Positions 27,314 through 40,943 of a stretch of 64,000 nt of DNA are shown piece after piece. A program made the position numbers and the translations under genes. Within the stretch, counting starts at the first letter, position 1; the number at the start of each line of letters is the position of its first letter. The stretch is from Paraspadella gotoi (lineage: Eukaryota > Animalia > Chaetognatha): NCBI GenBank assembly GCA_051294375.1, contig CM119270.1, forward strand, positions 18,226,110 to 18,290,109. Direction: 5' to 3'. The notes beneath the pieces were generated by a model, which saw only the letters and a list, made by a program, of their open reading frames with translations, was not told where the DNA came from and did no database searches.

Positions 27314-27765
27314 CAATAAAAGCGGAAAGACCGCTGGCGGCGGAGGAGGCGGTGATATCGCCAAGATTGAATGCGTTCAATCTTGAGAGANNNNNNNNNN
27401 ACTCATGGCCCCTTTCCACCGCCCTTCCCTTACTCTTTTCTCTCGTCTTATTGACATGACCGGCTCTGTCTTGCCTTGCCTTGCCTTTCTTGCCTTGCTT
27501 TGCCCTGCCGACCCAGGACCTCCCCCCCTTTTGTAGTTATCGAATACTTTTAAATTAAAAGTACAAAAATATTTTAAAATTATTTTCCAAGCTTAAAATT
27601 TACGGCGTTTGTTTGTTTAGTATTAATTTCATTATTAAATACATTTTATAGCTTCTCATTAATTTCCGTTTCCAACTTTTCTGTCATCCCACTTATGTAT
27701 TTTCTTTTTCTTCTCTGTCAAAATATTCCACCTTTTCTATTCTTTCCTTCAAAATGGAGGTTGCC

Positions 27766-27800
<35 letters not shown>

Positions 27801-28911
27801 NNNNNNNNNNNNNNNNNNNNNNNNNNNTTCTTCTCTTATCCTCTCTCTCTCTCTCTTCTCTCTCGATTCCTTATATTCTCTCTCATCTTCTCTTTTCTTC
27901 TTCTTTTTGTCTTTCATCTTCTCTCTTCCTCTCTCTCTTCTCTCTCTCTCTCTCTTTATCTCTTCCATATTCTCGCGGAAATTTCCGAGAGTATCTGTTC
28001 TCGAGAATTAATAGAAAAACCAACAAAAACAAAACAAAAATTTTAAAACAAACTAAAAAAACGAAAACAAAAATTTAAGAACAATATTAGAACGAAAGAA
28101 TTGTTGAATGTTTAAAAACAACCATTTTTATTTTTAAATCTCTGTTTGTGAAAAGTTAAAAAATATTTTCGTTTCAATCTCAAACGCAAAGAAGTGAGAA
28201 AACACAATATCTAACAACAAAATTGCAGAAAAAGATTAAAGAAAAACATTTTGTTAAAAAAAAAAAAAAAAAAACTAATATCAAAAGAGAAAGAAAAAAT
28301 CCCATTATCGAAATTCCAGTTTTGAGTCTCGCTTTTCTTTCATGTTTTCCTTTCCTTTCTTTTTCGAGGAGTTTGAACCGCATTTCTAAGAAATGGGTCG
28401 GCGGTGAGGAGAGCGCACTCTTTTAGCTCCCATTCTTTTCTCTCTCACGTTGGAAAGGTTGACCGCGAGTTTCACACCTCCTCTTTTACAACACTCCAAA
28501 GCAGCACATGAGACAGTGTCAACAGTTGTGTCCTTCTTTACTTTTCTTTACTTCTCTACATCAGAGAGTTTCAACATTATGGAGTCTTACAGTTGAGTCC
28601 TTCTTCTTTACTTTTCTTTACTTCTCTATCTTTTTCTGTTACGAATTTCCGGTCAATCCCTTCGTCCGTCTATCGTTTGGTCAGTCCCTTGATCCGTCTC
28701 TCGGTCTGTCGGTCAACACCACTCAGAACACCGGTATCGGTCGAGTCAGGAAAATTTGTGAAAGAGGTCGTGAGCGCCTCGGTCACCGGTTCAACAAAAC
28801 AACGGGGAAACGATAAAAGAAAAAGCCTAACATAAGACTTTAAAATTTGAAACGACTCAATAATTAAAATGTCTGAAACAAAAACANNNNNNNNNNNNNN
28901 NNNNNNNNNNN

Positions 28912-29999
28912 GTAGAAGTTATTCCAGTTCCCTGTATACGCAAATAATTTACATAAATTCCCCTTAAAGTATTAAATCCGATTCTCTCAAAAAGCTAAAT
29001 CTAAATCTTTCCTAAAAATCTCTCCTCTTTCAATTCGCATGAAGTATACAACGAGATTTTGGAAGAAGAATGATGAATCAGCGTACCAAAATTACACGCG
29101 AGAAGGAGAGTAAAGAGAGAGATGAGAGAGAGAGAGAAGAGAGATAGAGAGAGCAGATAGAACGAGTCGCACGACGCGACGGTAGTACTTCGACATCCAT
29201 CAATTTGCTAAGTCCCGAGTAGGCTGCAGTCTTATCGTAATTGTCGGGTCATTTCAATTGAAGCTTTGTATCTCGAAGCCCGTTCTGCTGATTGTTTGCA
29301 TCATTTGTGTCTTAATTGGGTTTCCCGTTCACCGTCTTATAACAATGACATCAATTTATTGAATTGTTGTATCATTCGCTGCAGGTTGCCATTCTGGAAG
29401 GGATTTTCGTCGTTCAAGTCATTTTCTGGACTGATGCATCATTATTGTCTAATTCTTCAGTATGATTAAAATAACTCAATCTTATTTTAGCATTCATTTA
29501 CGACCTTCATTTACAGGGAATGAAATTTCATGACCTAGAGAATTGCCGAACTGAAAGTATGAAATTACTCTTCATTACGAAAAGAAGATTAATTAAATAT
29601 TTACTAAATCAAAAATTTTTTTCATATGCGTAATGTATGAATACGATCATGATACAATCAATTTAACAAAATAAATTCATTCAATAAATTCGTCAAGTCG
29701 TCGCATAAATTTCCTCTCCTCATATCTTCCGTATATTCGATTGCTTGGTTTCGCCCGCTGCTTGATATATGATTTGCTTTGCTCAATTCGAAATTGCTTG
29801 GCTGCGAATAAACCATCTGTTTCTGGTTTTCCGAAAGCAAAACAGTGGAAAAACGATTTTCCTTTTTGAAACGGAACGATCAGGACCGCTGAGGGACCGC
29901 AAAAAAGAAAAAAACTATTCATCAAAAATTGCGCGATCGGGTTGAGTTATAATCTCCTCAGGCCTGTCTCTCTCTCTCTCCTCATCTCTTCTCTCTCTC

Positions 30000-30030
<31 letters not shown>

Positions 30031-30600
30031 ACTCTCTTTCTCCTCTCACACAAAATAATATGGCCGGAAAAAGTTGAAGTGCAGATTCTCACAGTTTGAG
30101 TGCGGAGGGGTTGAGGCGCTGTTAGGGAGAGGGACTAATTCGTTTCTTTCGCCAAAAATGAAAACAAAGTTGTTGTTTGTTTCAGACATTTAATTATAAA
30201 GATGGGAAAGCAGTCGTTATTCAAATTCCTTAAAATGCTTCAGTACTGTAATCATGATGATTTGGTTTACGAAGAGTGTCCACTATTTTTTCTGATTCTA
30301 AATACTTGAATCTCGGTGTCCCGTTTGCCTTATTTATCTCGGCTACTCTACTGTTTTATGTTGATTACCGTACGTGAGAACCAGAGGCGCACTCCACCGA
30401 CCCTCTTTCCATACAAAAACTTTCTCTTCAACTTGACATCGAACCCCAATGCATTAAAGCTGGAGTCTGTGTCTGAGCTGTGACCCGACAACCGACAGAG
30501 GGACGAGATTCAAGACAGAGAGACAGAATAGTGAGGGACAGTAGACCAAGAATTTTCGAAGAGGAGCAGGATGGTTCGAAGGATACCCGGATAATTCCAG
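28912..30600 (-). repeat. Local inverted copy of the flanks (about 31450-32612 joined to 28640-28886), decaying into noise
   Basis: 28912 gtagaagttattccagttcc is the reverse complement of 32595-32612. 30170-30198 is the reverse complement of 28860-28886. The same continuous order is seen at 48870-50340. Confidence 0.85.
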
Positions 30601-32380
30601 AAGTCACTCGGCAGATACGTTAAATATTTCGATAACATTCGGATTCCTTTCTTACGTGACGGCCCTCGATCCAGACGTCACGGAGCGGTGAAAACTATAT
30701 TATATACTGATCAATACTACAATCCAACATGTGAACCGGCTGGCCGGACCGGAGATAAACACCGAATCATCGCGGGGTGTTCTTGATGTGCATAAGTCCC
30801 TCGGGTGTTGATGGAAGATAAATGAGCACGCGCACGAGCCACATAGACCATTACTCTATAGAGACGTGCATATGTGAGGTCATTTCCCTACTCATCAGTG
30901 TCCATAGACTTTTCATGTATAGGTTATATCTACTATGCCATCGAGTAGAGTCCAGAGGTCACGTGCTAATCGTAGGAGCGCCTCTGTCGATCTAGTCTCT
31001 ACTTCGGTCTTGTTAATCTTTCAACAAAACAACGTGACGTGTGGTGGGTGTGAGTGCGCTGGAGCATAGGATGTCCGGAAGGAATGGGGGCGGTGCCGGT
31101 CGGGGGATGGCTGGCGTGGAGGTATGGATGCGGAGGGAGGAGTGTGCGTTCGGGAGAGTGGTGGGGGGGAGGGCATTGGGTGATGAGAGCCTCGGACGGA
31201 GCGCAGTAGCGGTGTGGAGTGGGATGGGAGTGTGCGACCAGACGATGGGGGTGGGAGCGGGGTCTCAGTGACCGAACACATTAAAAATAAATAAGTTATC
31301 CCTACCACTAACATAAAGACATCTTTCTTTTATAAAACTATTGAAGTGAAAAACGACTCTAATATAATATATAAGAAAGTCTGGAACTACAAAACCAAAC
31401 TTGTTTCATTGAGGCCTCGAAGAAAGGTGAGGGGCCGGGGCGGGCGAGCGGGGGGAATAACGATCAAGGTCCCTCTCCCTAACAGCCGCCCCCACCCCCA
31501 CTCCCCGCAACTCAAAACTGTCGGCTCAGAGACTGTGTTGACGAATCTTGCAATCAATTTTTCCGCCATATTATTTTTGTGACCATACGGCTTTCAGTGA
31601 AGACGAGAGAAGAGAGAGAGAGAGAGGAGAGAGAGGACGACCGAGAGACGAGAGAGAGAGAGAAGAGGAGAGAGAGAGATGAGAGAGAGACACAGGCCAC
31701 TGGAGAATTATAACTCAAACCCGGACGCAAAATATTTTGATGGGAATAGTTTTTCTTTTTTCCGCTCAGCGTCCGATCGTTCGTTCAAAAAGCAAAATCC
31801 TTTCTTCAACTGTTTTCTCTTCGAAAACCAGAAACAGATGGATTATTTCGCGCCAAGCATTTCGAATTCGAGCCAAGCAAATCATTAATCAAGCAGCGAA
31901 ACCAAGCAATCGATAAACTGAGGAAGAAGAGGAGAGGAAATTATCGACGATTGAACGAATTATTGAATGAATTTAATTTTGTTAAATTATTGTATCTATA
32001 TAGTATACATTACGCATATGAAAAAAATTTTTGAATTTAGTAAAATATTTCAATTAATCTGTTCATGCTAAAATTCTCTAGTTCATGAATTCATTCTGTA
32101 AATGAGGTCGTAAATGATGCAAAAGCAATTGAGTATTTTAATCATACTGAAGAAATTAGACAATAAATGATGCATTCAGCCAGAAAATGATTGAACGACG
32201 AAATCCCAATTCCAGATGCAACCTGGCAGCGAATGATACAACAAATCAATAAATGATGCAACCAGACAGCAAATGATGCAACAAATCAGGAACGGCTTCG
32301 AGTCAAAGCTTCAATTATGACTCCACATTACGAAATCAGCTCGACTTGCAAATTTGGGATGCGAAGACACGTCGCTCGCT

Positions 32381-32447
<67 letters not shown>

Positions 32448-32621
32448 CGCTGTACTTTTTGTACGCTCGGTCATCAGTCTTCTTCCAAATCTGTTTATAT
32501 CACGAATTGAAGAGGAGAGATTTGGAAAGATTTAGATTTATTTTGAGAGAATCGGATTTAAATTTAGGGAAATTTATGTAATTATCGTATACGGGAACTG
32601 AAATAACTTCTGCCCTCCTAT

Positions 32622-32775
32622 TAGCGGTGACCCTGTGGCTCATTGATCATCGGGTACCGGGATCGATCCCCGCAGTCACTTACCCTGTGGGAAGCGTGAG
32701 GACTGCCGTATATCGCCTTGGTGGAAAACCCCCCAAGCCTGGTTCCAACCCAGAACCCGTTCCATGGCTTATCGC
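32622..32775 (+). mobile_element. Possible degenerate tRNA-derived SINE head
   Basis: A GC-richer island in AT-rich intron, with an A-box-like GTGGCTCATTG followed by a B-box-like GGTACCGGGATCGATCCCCG. No full cloverleaf. Confidence 0.3.
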
Positions 32776-32939
32776 AGTTAATGTATCATTAGAACAAGTT
32801 TTTATTTTTGTTATAGTTTTTACAATGTTACTTATCGTAATATAAAAGTCTCATTTTCACACCCTTGTTCCCCCGCGTACCTTCGACTTCACCTAGTCTC
32901 CACCCCCCCGGACCACCCCCTTACCCCCTTTTCTCACAG

Positions 32940-33158
32940 TGCCTTACACCCACTTATTTCACGGGCGCTCAAGCCGATTACGTGAACAACTACTGTTGGA
33001 CAGCTTCGACGTATTACATGGTGGACATGGAGGGCGCTTCGTCCAATCAGAACCGGCAGAGCGGAAACCTGATGACGCAACAAGCCAGTCAGGGGCTCGA
33101 ACCCGAATACGTCGGGCCCAACACCAAGGGCAAGAAAGAAAGAGTGTCTTACTATCAA
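32940..33158 (+). CDS. inx: Innexin, coding exon 2 (extracellular loop 1 with both Cys, up to SYYQ)
   Basis: Acceptor ttttctcacag|TGC, then CLTPTYFTGAQADYVNNYCWTASTYY...KKERVSYYQ (73 codons), then donor CAA|GTGAGT. It supplies the Cys of GDPIEC and contains the YxxxYCW and YYQ(W) innexin signatures. Confidence 0.93.
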
Positions 33159-33624
33159 GTGAGTACGTTTAAAAAAAACGGGAGAGTCCAACTCGGGAGT
33201 CTTCCTGATTTTGTCTTGTTTTGTTTTGGGGGTTTTTTTTTTTTCGTTTTGTTTGGGGAGTTTTTCGTGTCTGTGGGGTTTCGGGAGTTGCGGTTTTGGG
33301 TAAAGCGTTGTATTCTAAATTGAACTTTTTATTATAATTCTAAAAGTGAGAAATGAACAACATTGTACTAATGAACATTAATATATAAAAAATATATATT
33401 TAAGGAAAAACAGTTTTTATTGGTGATTAATAAAATGCCTAAAATATATTATAAATTTTTAAATTGACGCAGTAGGCTATATTTATACTAGTATTAACCA
33501 TAGGGGTTTTTTGCATTTGCGAGGTTTCGGGAGTTTTAAAGGTTCTAGGGTTTTCAGGGTTTGAGGAGTTTTTATAGTTTTGGATTTTGGGTTTTTGGAT
33601 GTTTTAATTTACGTGATTTATCTT

Positions 33625-33690
33625 GTGTGCACGTGATTGAGCTCGTGAGCAAGTGATTGAGCTTCTGTGCACGTGATTGAGCTTGTGTGA
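33625..33690 (+). repeat. ~20-bp tandem repeat (GTGCACGTGATTGAGCTT) x3 in innexin intron 2
   Basis: Three units, two of which contain CACGTG. The inverted copy at 47795-47870 appears to have a fourth unit. Confidence 0.75.
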
Positions 33691-34348
33691 GTTAGTATGG
33701 GTGAGAGTCCGTGCGTGAGTTTGATTAAACATCAATCGTGATTCTTCAAATTCGCTTTTGTCCTCAGACGTCTATTCTTCTTCTCTTTTACTTTAAATCT
33801 AATTTATAGCCCGAGACTTTTTTTTCTTTTTTCTTCCTCTTTCATCCTTCTGTCTTGTATTCTTCTTCTTCCGTCTTTAATTCTCTTCCTCTCCTTCTTT
33901 TCTTCTTCCTACTTCTCTTTAATTTTCTTTGTATCCTTTCCTCTTTCCTCTTTGTAAACGTCCTTCACTTTCATTGTCTCCTTCTCTCATTCTCTTTTAC
34001 TTATTACGTCCTTCACTTTCTTTGTCTCCTTCTCTCCTTCTCTTTTACTGCTTAGTGCTTACATCCTTTATTTTCTTTCTATCCTTCTCTTCTCATTCCT
34101 CCTTTTTTCTTTCCGTCCTTTCTTTTCTTTGTCTCCTTCTCTCCTTCTATTTTACTTATTATGTCCCTTATTTTCTTTGTCTCCTTCTCTTCTCCTTCCT
34201 CCCTTTTTTCTTTCCCTTCTTTATTTTCTTTGTCTCCTTCTCTTTTTCTTATTCACTCTGTCCCTCATTCTTTGATGATGCGTGACCAGAAACGCGGAAT
34301 CGAAGACACAACGCGTCCGCGACCTTTGACCCGAAGCCCCTTGAGAAG

Positions 34349-34431
<83 letters not shown>

Positions 34432-34723
34432 ATTGTCTCTCTTTCTCTCTCTCTCTCTCTCTCGGACGATGAAAAAGACATGATCTCCGACATGATATTA
34501 GCTTATTAATTTCTAGGCGACGAAATATATATATATATATATAAATATAATAAGAAACGCGAGTCTGACAGAGAATCAATAACAGAAGGAGGAAAAAAAA
34601 AGAGGAGAAAGAGGAAATATAAATTAAGCGTTGAATCAATTGGAAACTTNNNNNNNNNNNNNNNNNNNNNNNNNACTTCTTCTCTTTTCTTCCTCAATAT
34701 TTCCTCCTTAATTGGCACGAAGA

Positions 34724-34850
<127 letters not shown>

Positions 34851-35801
34851 GAGAGAGATTGGAAAATAGGGGAGGAGAAGAGGATGAAAGGAAAAAGGAA
34901 AGAAGAAGGGGATAGGTAGAAAAGGAAGGAAGGATTACGCTCTGCTCAGTCAAATCGAAACTAGAAATAAGAAACCGCGCGAAGAACCATGGAATTCTAA
35001 ACGACGAGACAAAGACGACAGACAAGACATCTGAGCAAAAACACACAATTGTTCGAAACAATAGACGATGAACATCCGAGAAAAAAAAAGTTAAACTGAA
35101 AAACCCGGAAAAAGTCGTGCGGAAAAGACGACGGGATATACAACGACAACGACGAAACGACAACAATCAACGCGGAGAGAGAAGACAGGAGACATCTCCG
35201 CAATCCGATATCCGTGAACTAAATGATTTCCCGCGAGGCGAAACTCAATGAATGGCGCGCGAGGCCTCCAAATTTCTATCCCTTCTATTTTTATTTCTGC
35301 CTCTTAAAAAAATCTCTCGGGCTATTTCAAACCCCCTAATTTTTCTGGCAACTGTTTTAAAACTCAAACTGAAAAATTTAATTTCTAAATTCCTAAAACA
35401 AAATTAAAACAACGTGGGGTAAAAGTTTTTTTTAAACAACCGAACTAAAAACGATCTTAAATAGAAAAAAAATGATCATAGGTTAATTTTAAACGAACCG
35501 AAATGAATGCCGGCTTATGGGAAATGTGGCCTTTTTCCATTCGTTTCGCTCCAACTATTCTTATTCGTTTAACTGAGTTATTCAATTGGCTCTTTGAAGT
35601 GGAAGAATAGATTTTCGCCCAGGTCTGCCACAAAAATAGTTTTTAAAAATTATTTCTTTATTTAATTCAGTTAACTCCGATTCTTTAATATATTTTTTCT
35701 TTTTCAAAAAAATAATTGGAGGAAACACTGCAAGAATCCAAAATGACACATGAAATATGACGTATATGACGTAAAAGACAATGACGTTGGTTGACTAAAA
35801 T

Positions 35802-36464
35802 TAGGGATCAACGTCCAGAGATAATATAGGATTTCGAACTATTAGCAAAAGTAACTTTCAGGTTGGTCTTGACTAAATATTTAAACATCATTTTCAAAAA
35901 AAATTTATATTATACGTCTTGATTTAATACATTAAATATTACTTGTCCTTTTTTAATATTAATAGAAATTTTTTTTTTAGAAAATCTTAAAAGATGTTAT
36001 TTTGATTGGATCGATCTGGTTATGAAGGCCGGATGTAAAAGGTGATAAGATAGGAAATATATTCGGCTGGTGTGTTACAAAAATTGTTCTAGCGTTTGCT
36101 TGTGAAAAAATAAAAAACTGATAAAATCATCGAAAAGATGATGATGATGATGATTTTTAACGGTTTTTGCTTATTTTTGACTCACTTAATCATGAAAATA
36201 TTTAAAAAAAGAATTATACTTTGGGTAGACAACTTTTTATGAGCTATCTGAATCTGTCTTAAAATTTAAAAATTATCAAAACAACAATTTGGCCTTTTCC
36301 TATTTATAAATAATATTAAATTAATTATTTGGGTATAGAGCCAACATAAGAAAATGTTTTGTTCATTGAAAGTATACTTAACAATGTACTGGAGTGTTTC
36401 GCTTTGGTGAGCTTAAATCCATTCTAGAGTTTTTGATTCAACTCCATTGAGTGGGTTACACCTA
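35802..36464. mobile_element. ~660 bp AT-rich non-coding insertion with TAGGG...CCCTA ends (MITE-like)
   Basis: Present here and inverted at 45158-45796, absent at 42830-42859. The ends, read from the 45 kb copy, are TAGGGATCAACTCCA and TAGGGTAACCCCA, an imperfect terminal inverted repeat. No clean target-site duplication. Confidence 0.45.
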
Positions 36465-38351
36465 CTAAAATACGTTGTTCGCCTAAACTTATCAGCGGAG
36501 CACCGTGATGGTCGTACCATGATCTTTTTCGTAAATAGTTATCAAAGCATTGAAAACGTGCGCCGAAACTGGCGACTGAGACGCCGGAGAGACCGCGCAT
36601 TGTCCCACGCCGAGAGGGAATCGTTCTATTGTTGTGTCGAACTTATGACTCAAAAGCAGAAGCGAATTTTAAACTGAAAAAATATTTTTATCAAGTCTGA
36701 ATGCAAAAGATTCATTTTTAATCGAAGTTAAAAAAAATGTTTCAACAGAATATGTAAATTGAGATTAAAAGACGTTGTTTATTTTTAGACTGACTTCTTA
36801 TTTTTGTTTCATCTCCCAGTGTCATTAAGTGAAGGTGGTCGAGATAAACTTGCGAACAATTAATGAGAATGAATCGACTTTTAATGAATGAAAAAAAAGC
36901 CGAAATGGAATCGAGACAATGTGCTATTGCTTTTCATGGAGAGGACAGAGAAAGAAAGAAAGAGAAAACTTTGCTTTAAATTTGATAAACAAATCTCAAC
37001 ATTAAAAAATGATTATAAATTATTGTAAAGTTTTCCGAATAAGCGTTTGAACAATTATTTGTAGTAATGAACATTTCACATAAAATTGCGGTGGTGACTT
37101 TAATTTCTCTTCTGTAGAAAAATATCACTCAGGGTCTCCCAATTGATCACTCTTGGCAACCGATAACCGTTTACCATTTGTGCCACTTATTTGCCCTTAT
37201 TCCATTTCTATCACTCCGCACTCCTCCCTATCATTTTGCCACTCTTGCGTCACCTCCCCATAATTTTGCCACTCCCGTCACCCTCTCGTCATGTGCACTC
37301 TGTCCTCGTTCCTTTCGGTGGAGCCTCTTTTCACCTGAGTCACTTCCACGTCCAGGCGTTCAAAGCGCGAAGAGAAAAAGTGTTCCGGCCGTGCCAGCGT
37401 CCATCTCTTGTCTCTTCATCTCTCTCGACTCCGATCGTCTCTCTCTCCTCCAGTCTCTTGCTTCCTCCCCTTCTCTCTCTCTCATATCTCTCTTCTCTAT
37501 CTCTCTCTCTCTCTCTCTCTTCCTCTCTCTCTCTCTTCTCCTCTCTGCTCCCTCTCTCCTATCCTGCTCTCTCTCCTCATCTCTCATCCATCTTCCCTCT
37601 CCTTCCTCCACCTATAGAATCCTTTAATTTATTTTTTTTTATTTTTAAAAAAAAGTTTTTTAATTCCTCAAACTCGGCGCCACAACCCGACTGGGACGGG
37701 CGACTCCATCTCACGTCCCATGTTGGCGTCGGATCGAGAAAGAGAAATTTCTCTTTTCTTATTCTTCTTTTTTTACGTCATTTTTAAAATCCTTTACCTC
37801 ATCTTCCCTCATTATTGTCATTGACGATTTACTAAAAAAAAAAACTTTTCATCTATCTTAATTTAAATGTAGGTAAAAGGTTAAAAAAATGAATTTTATT
37901 TTATTATTTTATGCTACTTTTATTTCATTGTAGAGTGTGGGACCTTGTTCGACTGAACCAATTATTGAATGGAGTTTCTTTCCCATTCAATTATCTCATG
38001 TAATTTCTAATACTTGTCTTTTCATACATTCTTTATATTTGTTCCTGCTCTGTGTCCTGATCCTGTCTGTCTCTCCGTACCTCATCTCTCTCTCTCTCTT
38101 CTCCTCCTTTCTTCTCTCACTCCTTCTCTCCTCTCTCTCTACTCTTCTTCTCGTCTCTCTCTCTCTCCTCTTCTCTCTCTCTCTCTCTTCTCTCTCACGT
38201 TGTCCACTTTCCAGGTCTTTTTTATTCTCCTGCATCTAACACGGAAACCAAAGGCGGCCAAAAGCCGGCGCGGAAAATGTGCTACGAATTCCGATTTGAT
38301 AGAGAGAGAGAGAGCGAGAGGAGAGAAAGAGAGAGAGAAGAGAGAAGAGAG

Positions 38352-38405
<54 letters not shown>

Positions 38406-39236
38406 GAAAATAAATTCGAATCGATTTTCGTCGTTTTAACGCCAAATTGCTTTTGCCATTACCGATGACGATGACGACGGACGACGACCGACAATGGACG
38501 AGACGAAGATGAAAGACGGTGACGACGTACGACGATGGACGTCGTCGACGACGACTGACTGACGACAACGTCGACGACGTTGCCTATGACGGAACGACCC
38601 AAAAAAATGATGAAAACGACGATGACGAAAAGAGATTTCCGTTTCCACGGAAACGGAGGACTTCTAAAGATGCGAGTCGAACAGTTAGATTTTTCCAAAG
38701 CGCAATTAATTATATATGGCTATCGCTTTCGCCATTTAACAGATTTTTATTTCCGCATGATCACATCCTTCTCGCCCTCGTTACGCATGTCCACCGCATG
38801 GCACGGAATCCTGTGAACTTAATGAAAATACGCAAATGTGAAGGATACACAAAAAAAAGAAAAAAACGAAAAATCTTTGAATCTCTCACTTTCTTCTTGT
38901 TCGCTACTCAATCACGCAGGAACTACACTTACCTACTTTTAAGCGCTATCCTTTCATACCTCTCTCGTCGTCTCTCTCTTCTCTCCTCTCTCTCTCTCTC
39001 CCTCTTCTCTCTCTCTCTCTCTCTCTCGTCTCTCCCTCGTCTCTCGTCTCTCTCTCTCTCTCTCTCATCTCTCTCTTTCTCTTTTTCCTCAGTCATCATC
39101 AATTTATTCGACGAGTTCCAACTTTTCTCCATTATTTTTTTATCCATCTTTTTCGGCTTCCACTTCTTTTTTAGGTTGGACCTCTTCTTGTTCTTTTAAT
39201 CCCTCTCTCTCTTCTCTTCTCTCTCTCTCTCTACTC

Positions 39237-39278
<42 letters not shown>

Positions 39279-40777
39279 TCGTCTTCCTCTCACAATTGCT
39301 AAAAGATAAAAAAGGAAAAAAGGCCGTGGCAGTTTCAAGCCGAGATTTCCTCGTTTTCTATTTCTCGTTTCTCCCGATGTTGAATATTAGCAGACAGTCG
39401 GTGGCGACAGAAGGAGACTTCTTTAATTCCAGTCAAATCTCGTGAAAAACTAGTTAGTCCCAAGAACGTGGCAACAATTCACACGTCGAAAACTGTGTCA
39501 AATACACCGAGATTTTCATAAAATTTGTATATGAGTCAGTCGCTTAAATATTTCTTTTGACATTGTCAAGTAATTAAGAATACAGCAAACAAAGAAAACA
39601 AAAATTTAATAAAAACTTACAATTTAATTCATGGAGAGAAGAGAGAGAGACTGAAGAGAAGATGGAGAGAAGAGAGAGAGAGAGAGAGAAGACGAGAGTG
39701 AGAGAGAGAGAGAGTAACTTGGACGTTGAATTAAAAAGCAAATGACTAATAGAGCAAAGTCCACAAAGTAGAACCCACGACATTGAATGTACTGGCTGAA
39801 ATGTAACCTAACGTTAACACTATATTATTAGCAATAACAGAGGAACGGTGTATTTCAAGGGTGTTGCGGCGCATTACTTTTCTATTTTACTTAGTCTTTT
39901 CCTTTAAAAACAAGAGAAGCGGCGCCCGAGTAATCAGCTTAGATCTTGAATTTTTAACAAATGAGCAACAAACTAAGGCAACGGTTATTAAGGTTTTTAA
40001 GTATAGTGGGACCACGACCATACCAACATCGACACGACCGAACGAAAAAGTGACCTTACTAGAGTTGCTCCCCCGTCGAGTCTCGCGGCGCAACTAAAAA
40101 TGTATATACTTGATTTTGAATATAAAGAAGCTCCGGATATCCGCGTTGGTTCCTTCAATGCGATTAAATTCATTTAGAAATCCCACGTTTTCTGAGATTG
40201 AAAAGAAGAAGCACATTTGGACGCCTTCGTTGAAAGAAGGAAAATTCATCAAAGGCTTCTTCGTTATAATTAGAAAGTTAAAATATATTAGAAATATAAT
40301 AGATATTTTATTTAAAAATCCTCGTAGGATAGTGGTTAGCATTGAGGTAGAAAAACTTTTTTTTATATCAGAGGGGAGAAACAAGTATTAATATCAAACT
40401 CTTGAAACGCGAAAATAGTTTAGGCAAAAAAATAAAATAAAGGTTCAATACAAATATGTCAAATAAGAGATCAACAGAGTTAATCTCAATTTAGAGATAT
40501 TAACGCACTCAAAGAATCATCTTTATAACATATAGTGCGATTATTAGAGAATATTCTCTTTCAAATTTGAAAAGGATGGCAGTATAAAGAGCATATATAA
40601 AATGATCGGCAGCGTCTCGTCACACAAATGTTACAATTTTTTAATTGCCTTTGAAATGTTATTTGGAATGTGAGAGTGTTGTATTTCGTGCGAAACATTT
40701 TAATGTTATAATGCTATTTAGTGGTAAAGACCAACATTCACTGACTACATTATTTTTTTTCTATTCTTTTTTTACAG

Positions 40778-40869
40778 TGGGGTGCGATTATTGTGGACGT
40801 GCAAGTCCTGTCCTCTTTCATTTTCCTTTCATGCTTTGGCAATTCCTTCGCCATAAACTCAGAGTTCAG
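40778..40869 (+). pseudogene. Frameshifted copy of innexin exon 3 (probably read error, not a true pseudogene)
   Basis: Aligns by eye to 61976-62065 with several 1-bp indels and the same splice-site context. Confidence 0.7.
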
Positions 40870-40899
40870 GGTTAACGGAGGGATATAAAGACTGATAAG

Positions 40900-40943
<44 letters not shown>

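Noticed and set aside
30600-31400. High-complexity unique sequence that might be a foreign or horizontally acquired insert
   Set aside because: It has no recognisable coding content, grades continuously from a decaying inverted copy and is absent from the other copy of the intron. Most likely low-quality read bases.
32445-32480. Minus-strand CTGATGA followed by a small stem (possible hammerhead ribozyme core)
   Set aside because: No correctly placed GAAA and no helix I/III pairing; it runs into an (AG)n tract.
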